Positions 11,170 through 23,417 of a stretch of 64,000 bases of DNA are shown here, piece by piece (position 1 is the stretch's first letter; each line of letters opens with the position of its first letter). The DNA comes from Octopus vulgaris (Eukaryota), in the NCBI GenBank assembly GCA_951406725.2, contig OX597826.1, positions 10,850,001 to 10,914,000 of the forward strand. Direction: 5' to 3'. The notes beneath the pieces are model-generated. The model saw nothing but the letters and a program-made list of their open reading frames with translations, searched no databases and was not told the origin of the DNA. Made by a program: the position numbers and the translations under genes.

Positions 11170-13034
11170 CTAGAAAAGCAGAAAGAAATAAAAGGTGTAA
11201 AGAGAGAGAAAAATAGATCAATGTGTAATGGAAAATGACAGAAAGACCGTAAGAATAATACGAACATGCACTTATGGAATTACGTAGAAATGGTAAAAGA
11301 TAGAGCAAAGGTTAGAATTGATGAGAGAACTTCTAAATGGTTTCCTGGTGCAACTCCATCAATGTTGTTGACTGTGTTTTAGTTAAAACGATGGCATTAA
11401 TTAAGTCTGTCCAGAGTTACTTCTCTTTGGCTAAAGAGCTAGAGATGTATCAGGGAATCCAACATTGATAATGGCTAAAAAAACTGAAAAGCATCTGGGT
11501 ATCTGACAGGGGGTAGCACTGGGCAGATATAGGGTTTTTACACCATTTTTGCCTCAAGAAAGATTTATTTTCTCCATAGTAACTGCAGTCAATTTGCCTT
11601 TAGAAGCTGAAATAGGTCACAAATACAATTTAACAAACCTAATGTATGCTTATATCTAAACACTGCTTGACACTGATACTGCTGAAAAAATTTTCCAACC
11701 TGGCAGTCCAATAGTGTGACTCAGTCAATGTTGTTGACTACAGCTTTAATTAAGTCTGTCCAGAGTTGCTTCTCTTTGGTATTTATCATTGTTAATGACT
11801 AAAGAACTAGAAACACGCCTGGGAATCTGATAATGTGTAGCATTGGGCAGATGTGATTTTACATCTTTTTACCAACAGAGAAATTTATTTTCTCCACAAT
11901 AACTGCTGTGAATTTGCCTTTAAATTTAGCATATATGTAAAAAGCACTGGTGCTGGTGCCATGTCAGAAGTATTGGTGTTGGTGCCACACCAAAAGCACC
12001 AGTGTTGATACCAAATAAAAAGTACTGGTGATGGTACCACATAGTGCTGGTTCCACATAAAAAGTACTGGTGATGGTGCCATGTAAAAAGCACCCAGTAC
12101 ACTCTGTAAAATGGTTGGCATTAGGAAGAGCATCCAGCTATACAAACCATGCCAAAACAGACAATGGAACCAGGTACAGCCACTCGCCTAACCAGCTCCT
12201 ACCGTACTGTCCAACCTATGCTAGGATGGAAATGGACATTATATCATGATGATATATGACATTACAATGTGATGACGCCACCACCACCACCACCACCACC
12301 AACACCACCACCACCAACACCACCATCCCCAATGGTTAGGGCAGCGGATTCGCGGTCGGAGGATCATAGTTTCGATTCCAAGACTGGGCATTGTGTGTGT
12401 TTATTGAGCGAAAACACCTAAAGCTCCACGAGGCTCCAGCAGGGGTGGTGGCGACCCCTGTTGTACTCTTTCACTCCAACATTCTTTCACTCTTTCTTCC
12501 TGTTTCTTGTCCCCGACTTCCTACGCAACCACTGAGCCTGGATGCGCATTCATCCATCCATTGATGCTCTCGGTGTCGGGGGTTGACCTGCTTTCTCTTC
12601 TGCGGGTCTTACGAATAGCAAAGGACCACGTTTCAGACTTCTCCCAGGACGAAGACCGATTCGCTCAACAAACAAATAAACCAGCACCACCACCACCACC
12701 ACCATTACCCTGACAATCAATATTAGAAATATTAGAAACACCTTTCCCAACAATCAAGCTGGCAGGAAATGATTACATTTCCCCACACACCATTGCCAAG
12801 TACTCCACAGACATGCATTCCGTCAATGTAGTTCTCAGGGAGATTCAACATGACACAGAATGACAAAACTGGCCCTTTGAAATACTCATTTTTACCAGCT
12901 GAGTGGATTGGAGCAATGAGAAATAAAGTGTCTTGCTCAAGAACACAATGCGCTGCCAGGAATTGAACTCATGACCTTATGATCAGGAGCTGAGCAACCT
13001 AACCACTAAGCCATGCACCTTCACCAAAAATATA

Positions 13035-13450
13035 TGATTTCTTTATTGCCCACAAGGGGCTAAACATAGGGGGACAAACAAGGACAGACAAAGGGATTAA
13101 GTCGATTACATCGACCCCAGTGCGTAGCTGGTACTTAATTTATTGACCCCGAAAGGATGAAAGGCAAAGTTGACCCTGGCAGAATTTGAACTCAGAATGT
13201 AACGGCAGATGAAATACTTATTTCTTTACAACCCACAAGGGGCTAAACATAGAGGGGACAAACAAGGACAGACACACGGATTAAGTCGATTACGTCGACC
13301 CCCCAGTGTGTAACTGGTACTTAATTTATCGACCCCCGAAAGGATGAAAGGCAAAGTCAACTTTGGCGGAATTTGAACTCAGAACATAACGGCAGATCAA
13401 ATACCGCTAAGCATTTCGCCTGGCGTGCTAACATTTCTGCCAGCTCGCCT
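13035..13450 (-). mobile_element. tRNA-headed SINE with GACTTTGCCTTTCATCCTTTCGGGGTCGATAAA central motif, tandem (dimer) form
   Basis: Head GGCGAGCTGGCAGAA...GAGTTCAAAT. Other copies at 34524-34808 (18-bp TSD), 37428-37657 (13-bp TSD), 48601-48833 (16-bp TSD) and 50308-50717 (dimer, 17-bp TSD). Related older copies at about 5110-5310, 16820-17015, 19180-19740, 46340-46552 and 53590-53805. Confidence 0.85.
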
Positions 13451-13646
13451 TGATACCATCATCTGGTATTTATTTTTACCCAGCATTCACCATTTATGTC
13501 CATATCAGTATACTTATTTTTCCTGCCTACACTGATGGCCAGTCGCTTTTTCTATAGGCTGTAACTTATTTTGTCTTGAAATAAAATTGTTCATTCAAAA
13601 GTCCTTAATCCTTTTTTTTTTCTTAAATAAAAACAAGCATCCTTAC

Positions 13647-13835
13647 CAGGAAACAGATTTCTGCAGCACGTGTGGGCGTCTAACAGCCAGTCAGTGAGTT
13701 TTTCTTTCTTGAAAGCAATGCTGCGGAAATGAGTCCCACCATTTACATTCCATGTACCACAGCAGACGCGGAGTTTTTCAAGTTTGGTGTACTCCCTATG
13801 TCGTGCTACCATTTCTCTAAGAATACCTTCCGGTG
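13647..13835 (-). CDS. SYNJ1: Synaptojanin exon J, 189 nt, start of 5-phosphatase domain
   Basis: ttctag|CA CCG...CCT G|gtaagg; LRVCCGTWNVNGGTHFRSIAFKKEKLTDWL; phase 1 to 1. Confidence 0.96.
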
Positions 13836-14597
13836 CTAGAAAAACATTGCAAAAAAATTATTATTAGTTTTTTTTTTTAATGATAAATCTTTAAAAAAAT
13901 CTACAAGAGTAAAAATATGGTACCACATAGAAAGGACCTGTGGTGGTGTCACATAAAGAGCACTGGTGCTGGTGCCATGTAAAAAGCACCCAGTACACTC
14001 TGTAAAATGGTTGGCATTAGGAAGAGCATCCAGCTATAGGAACCATGCCAAAACAGACAATGGAGCCGGGTGCAGCCCCTCGCCTAATCAGCTCCTACTG
14101 TACTGTCCAACCTATGCTAGGATGGAAATTTCCTAGACAATGGAAAAGTTATAACAACGGCATCTAAAATCATTGAAGTGGCTGATATGTGTAAAGTTTA
14201 CTGTGATGAGGTTTGAACTTATGACCATGGGGTCAGTAGCCCAGTTCTTAACTCCTTAGCATGCAGATTACTCAGTTAAATATGATGCTTATTTATCCAC
14301 ATTGTTTTCAATTAATCATGCATCATCTTGTAGCTTCAACGTCTCAAGGATGTGATTGCTCTTACTCTTTTACTTGTTTCAGTCATTTGACTGTGGCCAT
14401 GCTGGAGCACTGCCTTTAGTCGAGCAAATCGACCCCAGGACTTATTCTTTGGAAGCCTAGTACTTATTCTATCGGTCTCTTTAGTTGAACCGCTAAGTTA
14501 CAGGGACGTAAACACACCAGCATCGGTTGTCAAGCGATGTTGGGGGGACAAACACAGATGCACAAACGTATACACATACACACACACACATATATAT

Positions 14598-14654
<57 letters not shown>

Positions 14655-15099
14655 CACATATACGATGGGCTACTTTCAGTTTCCGCCTACCAAATCCACT
14701 CAAAAGGCTTTGGTCGGCCTGAGGATTATAGTAGAAGACACTTGCCCAAGGTGCCATGCAGTGGGACTGAACCTGGAACCATGTGGTTCGTAAGCAAGCT
14801 ACTTACCACACAGCTGCTCCTACGCCTATTGTTTATTTTAAAAATGATATTGCAGGATAGGTGTGAGCCCTCTGGCTCAATATTTTTTCTTGAAATATTC
14901 TGGATTAATATTCTTTTTTAGAAAGAAATTTTATTTAAAACCAAAATCACATGACTTACTATTTACAAACTAAAAGATTAAATCTTTAGATTTCCAAGCA
15001 CAATAACAATAATAAATTAATCTAAATGAATATAGAACTGCTTACAGGGTAAATTAGTCATTAGAGAGTTGGGTAGATTAGCTTGTGGTAACTTCTCCA

Positions 15100-15262
15100 G
15101 ACAGTCTGTCAACTATCGCCCAACCTCACTCACCTCCCACATCATTAAAGTATTTGAAAGAGAGGTAAGATCAAGGATAGCTGGCTTCCTGGAGATCCAC
15201 AAACTCCAACATGCAAATCAGCATGGCTTTCACTGCGGCAGGGACTGTCTTACACAGCTCTT
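15100..15262 (+). mobile_element. CR1/L2-type RT fragment
   Basis: NYRPTSLTSHIIKVFER...NQHGF..RDCLTQLL. Confidence 0.75.
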
Positions 15263-15399
15263 AGCAAGTGAAATGTGTAATAACGAATAAACAATACCAA
15301 TAAATTTTCCATTATAATGTAAATTACTATAATGTAATATGGATGTTAACTGGTGAAATAAATATATTCATCTTATAACTCTATATATATATATATATA

Positions 15400-15644
15400 T
15401 ATACAATTATATGTTACATTACTCGATAGTCAAGATAAAACTCTGAGTTTCAGATGCTGAAGTGGGAATCCATGACATCTCTTCGGTTATCTGGTTATTT
15501 GAAAACGCTATGAAAAAAAAAAGGTTTTTTTCATAGCGTTTTCAAATAGCCAGATAACCGAAGAGATGTCGTGGATTCCCACTTTGGCATCTGAAACTCA
15601 GAGTTTTATCTTGACTATCGAGTAATGTAACATATAATTGTATA
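15400..15644. repeat. Near-perfect ~245-bp palindrome between (TA)n tracts
   Basis: Arms of about 120 bp, about 4 substitutions, centre A10-GG-T7. Confidence 0.93.
15552..15611 (+). ncRNA. Hammerhead-like motif, U4C variant (mirror copy 15433-15492, minus strand)
   Basis: AGAUAA-CCGAAGA-GAUGUC...GGCAUC-U-GAA-ACUC(A)GAGU-U-UUAUCU. Confidence 0.55.
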
Positions 15645-15709
15645 GATAAATTTCCTCTATTTACATAATATTGAGGTCTCTTTCTTTCTTTTGTTATCTT
15701 ACCGTTTTA

Positions 15710-15756
<47 letters not shown>

Positions 15757-16165
15757 CTCTAACTTCTCCCACACTGTCCAACTGATTTTATTGATTTTTT
15801 GGCACATAGGTAGATCACATGCCCTGAAGTTCAAATAAGGCCAGAGTTTTTCAAAAACTCGATAATGCTCAGCTGGCATCCATTTTTGTGAGCTGAATCA
15901 GGTGTTTCAATGAAAATTCCCATAACAATATTATTTTTCCAGCATATTTTGCATTTTCTTCAAGTGTAAAATTTCATCAAAATAGATAGAATAGTCTCTG
16001 AGGAAATGCTTATTCAATACAAGGTCAGAGGTGGACTTAATTTCAACACGGAAAACACAAGCAATGCCGGGTCCAACAGCCAGTATATATATATATCTAC
16101 ACACACACATATACACAAACCCACCCATGTTACACTGTTTAGATAATAAGTTGTAAAATTTATAC

Positions 16166-16322
16166 CATGTAAACACCTTGAAGTCAGCAGCGCTTTGGCT
16201 CTTTCTTTGAGTTCTCCGGTCAGAGTTGATCCCATGACAAATACATCCATAGCTTCTTGTTTGTTGCTATCTAGGAAATTATTTTGAATTGTTCGAGTAG
16301 CAGATCGTGCGGCATCGGAATA
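16166..16322 (-). CDS. SYNJ1: Synaptojanin exon I, 157 nt
   Basis: ctcag|TAT...CAT G|gtataa; YSDAARSATRTIQNNFLDSNKQEAMDVF...RAKALLTSRCLH; phase 0 to 1. Confidence 0.95.
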
Positions 16323-17169
16323 CTGAGAGAAATAAACAAATACAGGAAACAATCAAAAAGATTATTGATTTTTTTTAAAGTATATTTTGCTCTGTTTTGT
16401 TTTACAATCAAATATAAATATATTTACTGCAGCAATTATTAAGTTAATAAGAAAAGGTTATGTAAAACTCCTAATGATCTTGAATTTTCTGATTTGAAAA
16501 GAATAACAACTGCATGTTTTTTCCAGATATATTCTAAATAATAAAAATAATGAAAGTATCTGACATTTAAAAATCACATCATTTGTAAAGATTTTGCTGA
16601 TCTTTTTTAATTCTCAAGATGTAGACATTATCAAAATGTCTCACAGAAAAACAACTGAACTAATTTCTATACACTAAAAACATCTCCAAAACCTTGTAAA
16701 CTCAAGGAAAGAATAATATAAGCTTACATTTCTATAAGAAGACTTCAATCTAAAAATCCTATTTACTGGATGTTGTATTAAATATTTATTCCTCATCATC
16801 ATCATAATAACAATAAAAATCCTTTCTTACAAAGCCTGAAATTTGGGGAAGCGGACAGTTGATTACATCGACCCCAGTACTCAACTGGTACTTGTTTTAT
16901 TGACCAAGAAAGGATGAAAGGCAAAACTGACCTTGGCGGAATTTGAACTCAGAACATGAAGACAGACAAAATGCTACTGAACATTTTGCCTGGCATGCTG
17001 ACAGTTTTGCCAGTAATAATAACAATACTGCTACTACTAATATTAAAAGTGAAAATTGAGGAGAGAAATGTCATTATTATCATTATCATTTAACGAGCTC
17101 TAACAGGCTCCTACTTCCACACTATCTTCTCAGTGTGTTAATGAAAACACAAAGTCAATTTTTATGGAG

Positions 17170-17575
17170 AGACACCTGCAGCAACTACAAGAAGATGCAG
17201 ACCTTCATCAACAAATGTCTCCGGCAGATCCTCCATCTGAAGAGGTTCGACAGAGTGCCAAACACTGACCCGTGGAAAAGGACCAACCAGGAGCCCATAC
17301 ATGTTCAGATTAGACGAAGGAAATGGAGATGGATCGGGGACACACTGCGGAAAGAACCCTCAAATGTGACACGACAAGCACTTGACTGGAACCCGCAGGG
17401 GAAAAGGAAGCGAGGACGCCCGAAGCAGACATGGAAGCGGAACATTTTGGACGAGCTCAGGACCGCCAGCCTGACATGAGAAGCAACCAAGAAACACGCC
17501 AATGACCGCATAAAGTGGAAAACAACTGTTGAGACCCTATGCTCCACAAGGGGCAAAAAGGATTAAGAGAGAGAG
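17170..17575 (+). mobile_element. RTE LINE 3' end
   Basis: QTFINKCLRQIL...IRRRKWRWIG.TLRK...WNPQGKRKRGRPKQTW; (AG)n tail. Confidence 0.85.
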
Positions 17576-18151
17576 ATATATTATCATCAGCATGATGATC
17601 ATTATTTCAGGTCTGGATACCTTTTCCATTGCTAACTATTTTAGTCACCTCTTATAACCCATTTATGCATGCAGTGTCATTTCTTTGCAGTCCACTGCAA
17701 AGAGCATGTCCAGTTTTTTAGCCTGTTTTCACATTGAAAATTGTGAATCTAAGTGGCCAAAATGGGGTTCCTCTGCAGGATCTCTGGAATAATGATACTC
17801 AACAGTAAATAGCTTGGAGATCAGGGAGTCTCTCCGGATGGAGCTGCTACTTCTCTGCATTGTTATGTCACTGTTCTTGTACTATGGACATTGATTAGAA
17901 TGTGACAGGAAAGAACTGCAAGACGGATTCTTCAAGGTGAGCCAATTGGCAAGAAACCTCAGAGCATAAGTGAGATGACTGAATAATAAATATCCATAGT
18001 CTCACTTGGTCATGCTTGGGAATCCAGTAGGAAAGTGTAGTGTTGGTAGTTTCTGAAAGGACCTTATGGAGGAGGTGCCTAAGGACTCTACCTCTTTGAA
18101 ACCTCCCAGGAATAGTGGGTGGCAAAAATGGATGGATGGATAGCTAAAAAG

Positions 18152-18547
18152 AGGCACAGGAGTGGCTGTGTGGTAAGTAGCTTGCTTACTAACCACATGG
18201 TTCCGGGTTCAGTCCCACTGCGTGGCACCTTGGTCAAGTGTCTTACAGCCTCAAGCTGACCAAAGCCTTATGAGTGGATTTGGTAGATAGAAACTGAAAG
18301 AAGCCTGTCGTATATATGTATATATGTGAGTATGTGTTTATGTTTGTGTGTCTGTGTTTGTCCCCCAACATCACTTGACAACCGATGACGGTATGTTTAT
18401 GTCCCCATAACTTAGCGGTTCGGCAAAAGAGACCGATAGAATAAGTACTAGGCTTACAAAGAATAAGTCCTGGGGTCGATTTGCTCAACTAAAGATGGTG
18501 CTCCAGCATGGCCACAATCAAATGACTGAAACAAGTAAAAGAGAGTA
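18152..18547 (+). mobile_element. Same CORE-type SINE, plus-strand copy
   Basis: AGGCACAGGAGTGGCTGTGTGG...GGTTCAGTCCC...GACTGAAACAAGTAAAAGAG; other plus copies at about 2028-2349, 26497-26775, 38469-38930 and 57777-58203. Confidence 0.88.
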
Positions 18548-18589
18548 AAGAAAGAAAGAGAGAGAGAGAAGAATTACTTAGATACTTAC

Positions 18590-18745
18590 TTTAGATCGAC
18601 CACCCCCCATGGCACCAGTGCCTGCATAAATACGGCTGATATGATCGCCGTTTTCAGTCCAAATTTGTTTAAAAACTTCTTCAAAACGAGACACCATTTG
18701 AATCTTTCCTCCAAATCCGAGTGCTTCCATTTGTCTTTTAAGAAT
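18590..18745 (-). CDS. SYNJ1: Synaptojanin exon H, 156 nt
   Basis: ttcag|ATT...AAA|gtaagt; ILKRQMEALG...WTENGDHISRIYAGTGAMGGGRSK. Confidence 0.96.
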
Positions 18746-19734
18746 CTGAAAGAAAGATAAATAAAAAGAAAAGTAATAAGGGTAAAACAATTTTGTACTT
18801 TGAAAATACAAAATCAATAGTTAGTACAATGAAAAAGAAGATAACTGCTATGCTCCCATCTCAGTTTTTATTTGTAGCCAGTTCACTTCATATACTACGT
18901 CCAATGTTGTCTCTATTTGCTAATCACTTTACAGAATGTACTGGTTAAATTTCATTGTGGCACCAGCACCAATGAGGTTGTCTTGTTACACAGAAGACCA
19001 AAGAGTCTACAGTGTTCTCTGTTGTCTCCACTCACCAAACACCACAAAACAATGAACTAATGTGAGAGGGTGAAAGAGTGAAAGAAAAGAGAATATGGTA
19101 GGAGAATCAGAGTGAGAGGTGTGAAAGGGTGATAGGGGTGGGAGCAATGGAAGAGAGATAGGGATGGCAGCTACACATTATGAAAGTCAAAGTCAACCTC
19201 GGCAAAATTTGAACTCAGAATGTAAAGAACCTTAAGAAATGCTACTAAGCATTTTCCCCAATGCGTTAATGATTCTTCAAGCTTGCCGCCTTAATAAAAA
19301 TAACAATAATAATTTCAAACTTTTAGCACAAGGCCAGCAATTTTAGGAGGGGAAATAAGTCAGCTATAATGATCCCAGTGTTTTACTGTTACTTATTTCA
19401 ACACTCCAAAGTCAACCTCAGTGAAATTTGAACTCAAAATGTAAAAAGCCAGGGAAAATGCCACTAAGTATTTTGTCAAGTGTGGTCATTATTCTGTCAG
19501 CTTGCCACCTAAACAACAACAATAATTTCAAATTCTGGCACAAGGCCAGCAACTTTAGGTGAGGAGTAGGTAGACTGCATTTACCCCAGTGCTCAACTGC
19601 TACTTATTTTATTGACCCTGAAAGATGAAAGGCAAAGTCGAGCTCAGTAGAATTTGAACCCAGAACATAAAGAGAGATGAAAATGTTGATGGACATTTTG
19701 CCCAGCATGCTAATGATTCTGCCAGTTCACTGCC

Positions 19735-19771
<37 letters not shown>

Positions 19772-19773
<2 letters not shown>

Positions 19774-20333
19774 GCCCTGATGCAGTACCAGGCAGTGGTT
19801 CTCATGGCTTCTGATCTTAACTGATTGGAAGTGTTATCATGTATCTACATTGTTTTGTCTTGGTATAAAAGATGGGCTACAGTAAATATTCTGCTCAATA
19901 CCACAGAATTGCTTGTCAGTTGTTTGACATTAACTAGTTGACCATGTCCCTTGTTGGCTGACGATATGTGCATCTCTGATCATGAGCAGAAGTAGTGGGG
20001 AACATCATAGCTATGTGTCGAGAGGAATTCTTTGGGGTTTGAATAATTCACCTCTGGAAACATGGGTGTTTCGTTCAACATCCTTAAACAATCTTTATTC
20101 AGGGACCTTTTGAGCGGGATGGGTTACTCGACCAGAAGAAAATTCTAACTGGGCCCAACCTGCAAGGTCATGAGCTGTTTATCTTGATATGAAATCATCA
20201 TGTCGCACACATATGGTTGTGATGCATGTGCCTGGTGTACTCTTATCAGACGGGTAGTCATGATGGGTATATTGGGCTTCGTATATTTTACCCCTTTGAT
20301 GTCGCTTTGATGGCATGCATTGCTCTCTCTCTC
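19772..20333. mobile_element. Unclassified ~560-bp insert inside an (AAT)n tract
   Basis: Complex non-coding sequence with perfect (AAT)n on both sides; no TIR. Confidence 0.5.
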
Positions 20334-20390
<57 letters not shown>

Positions 20391-20654
20391 TACAGTATGT
20401 CTCTCTGAAGAGTATCAGGGAAATGGTTAAAGAAGGGAATTGTAACAACATCACAGACTCAGTTTTCCAGAAGAATTAAGATAAATGCCACAAGCATAGC
20501 TGTATGGTTAAAAGCCACTTTGGAATTACATGGTTTTGAGTTCAGTCCTACTGTGTGGTACCTTTTCTATGTATCTTGTACTATATCTCTGGGACAACCA
20601 ATACTTTGTGAGTGAATTTAGACAGAAACTGTGAGGAATCCTACCATGTATGAG

Positions 20655-20725
<71 letters not shown>

Positions 20726-20726
<1 letters not shown>

Positions 20727-22531
20727 CATCAGTTATGAATACAAAATCGCGGCAAATGCCAGTAGCAATCCAAAAACCTTCTTTGCCCATGTCCAACGGA
20801 ATTCCCGCTTGAACAACCAGATTGCAACGTTGGTAGACTCAACAGGCGTATCGATTGAGGACCCTTATCAACAGAGTCAATTATTTGCCGAGGCTTTTTC
20901 AACTATTTTCAAACAAGATGATGGTCGTGAACCCTCTCCATTTGATAGATCAGTACCTCCAATGCCTAGATTGGTCATCACGCGGGACAAAGTCAAACGT
21001 GTTATTCAAGGCCTCGATGTCAACAAGGGTCATGGCCCTGACGGCATACACCCACGGGTTATCAAAGCGTTGGCTCCGGTCATCTGCGAGCCCTTAACAC
21101 GTCTATTCAATATGTCATTGGCGACGGGTGTTATACCTGCGGACTGGAGAACAGCGATAATCTGCCCAATTTTCAAGAAAGGGAGCCGCGAAGACCCGCT
21201 TAACTACCGACTGGTTTCCCTTACATCAATAATCAGCAAGATGTTCGAAACCATCCTTAAGAAAAGTATGATGCTCCACCTTCAAAACACAGCCTCTATC
21301 TCTGATTCCCAACACGGCTTCGTGCCGAAGAGATCATGCTTGACCAACTTACTGGTAATGGAAGAATTAGTGACGTGCATCCTCGATGATAGTGATGCAG
21401 TCGACATCGTTTTATTGGACTTTGCCAAAGCTTTTGACTCGGTAAACCACTGCCTATTACTTGTCAAGCTTCAAGCATATAGTTTCCATCCGGATATTGT
21501 ACGTTGGGTTGGTGCCTTCCTCTCAGATCGCTCCTTCCAAGTCCAAGCAGTGGCGTGCCTCAAGGTTCAGTGCTTGGGCCCTTATTGTTCTTAGTCTTCA
21601 TAAATGACTTGCCCGACGACCTCACGCAACACACCCTTCTATTTGCCGACGATATCAAACTGGTCGCTCCTCGCGGTGATATAGAGGATCTTCGTCGATG
21701 CCTCCACCAAATTTGGAAGTGGTCTAACAAATGGGACCTGTGCTTGAACGTGTCAAAGTGCTGTCATCTGCCTGTTGGCTCTCCTCCGGCAACTCAACTT
21801 GATTTCGAGCCGGGTCGTCTGCTGCTGGAGAGGACCGATCAGGTAAAGGACCTGGGTATCTTGGTGGATTCCTCCTTTTCGCCTTCGGCCCAGTGCGTCC
21901 ATGCTGCCAACAAAGCACGCGGAATTCTGTTCTTGATTCGACGGTCATTCGGAATGCTCACAGCAGCCATATTCCTACCACTCTATGTCACGCTGGTGAG
22001 ACCCATATTGGAGTACGGGATTCAAGCCTCTTCTCCTTATCTCTTCAAAGACATACAACATCTCGAAAGAGTCCAGAAGCTGGCTACCCGCATGGTTCAT
22101 GGTCTCAAAACTTTGTCCTATGAAGAAAGGCTGAGGACGCTCGACCTTTATTCTCTTGAAAAACGCCGCCGCCGTGGTGATCTCATTCTCGCCCAGAACA
22201 TCATAAGCGGAAAGTGTAACCTCTCGAAAGAGCTGTTCTTCAATCCTGCTCCAGAGCGTCGGCTGCAGGGTCATTCCGAAAAGCTCTACCAGCGACGATT
22301 TCATCTCAATCGAAGGAGAGGAGCTTTCTCCGTCCGGGTTGCGGATCCGTGGAACAAGCTGCCAGACGAGATGGTGAAGATGCCGACGACCGCTTTGTTC
22401 AAAGCCTCCCTTGACCTCAAGTGGCCTGAACTCTTTACATGAACACCACCCTGTACTTAACTCCATGTCCCCCTACATGGCCTTGCTATTTGCTTTTGAG
22501 CCAAATTAACTAACTAACTAACTAACTAACT

Positions 22532-22534
<3 letters not shown>
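20726..22534 (+). mobile_element. 5'-truncated CR1-clade LINE (RT and C-terminus), one frameshift, (TAAC)7 tail
   Basis: GPDGIHP, NYRLVSLTS, QHGF, LDFAKAFDSV, SGVPQGSVLGPLLF, LFADD, ERVQKLATR, EKRRRRGDLI; stop at 22442. Confidence 0.95.
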
Positions 22535-22567
<33 letters not shown>

Positions 22568-22869
22568 CATACATACATACATACACGAATGTGTGTGTGT
22601 ATGTTTGCGTTCCTTTTCCATTACTTGACAACTGGTGTTAGTTTGTTTACCTCCCTGTAACATAGTGGTTTCGTGAAAAGGCTTAGCAGAATAAGGGTTA
22701 GACTTTAAAAACAATTAGTACTGGGGGTCAATTTATTCAACTAAACCCATCAAAGTGCTTCCCTAGCACAGCTGCAGTCTAATGACTGAAACAAATAAAA
22801 GATGCAAGATTAAACATTTTTTAGCATTGATCCTAAAACATTTCGTCTCATAATACCAGTCTAACTTAC

Positions 22870-22951
22870 ATATAAGCCATATAACCGCTGAACAGAATTG
22901 GTCCGATCAAGGCAATCAACACAATTGGTTCGAATAGTTCCAAGCTGCTGC
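22870..22951 (-). CDS. SYNJ1: Synaptojanin exon G, 82 nt, Sac1 catalytic CX5R motif
   Basis: ttaaaag|G CAG...TAT|gtaagt; [28 protein letters not shown]; phase 2 to 0. Confidence 0.97.
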
Positions 22952-23417
22952 CTTTTAAAAGAAAAAAAAAAGACAAAAAACAAATTGAAAAATGGTGAAA
23001 ATGGTGAAAATTTCAATTCAAAACAAATGGAACTAATATAAGCATGCAATCTACTTTATTGTAAAGAAAATTTGGTGCAATTAGTTGGTTCAGTATAATT
23101 TATTGTATATTTGTATAATGTTAATGAACTAGGAAGGTTAAATGGTAAACAAATAGAGCAACTGCTATTTGCACTAACTCCATTAAATTAATTATAAAAT
23201 ATCATGCATTCTTATTTAAATATTGAAATTTGCTTTGAGGTGGGGAAAAAAGAGGAAACTGTTTATGCTGGCTGCACAGGCCTGGAATTTTGGGGGAGTG
23301 GGATAGCTTATTATACATCAAACTCAGTACTCAACTGGTGCTTATTTTATCAACCCGGAAAGGATGTGAGGTAAAGTTGATCTCAGCAGAATTTGAACCC
23401 AGAACATACCTAGCATA

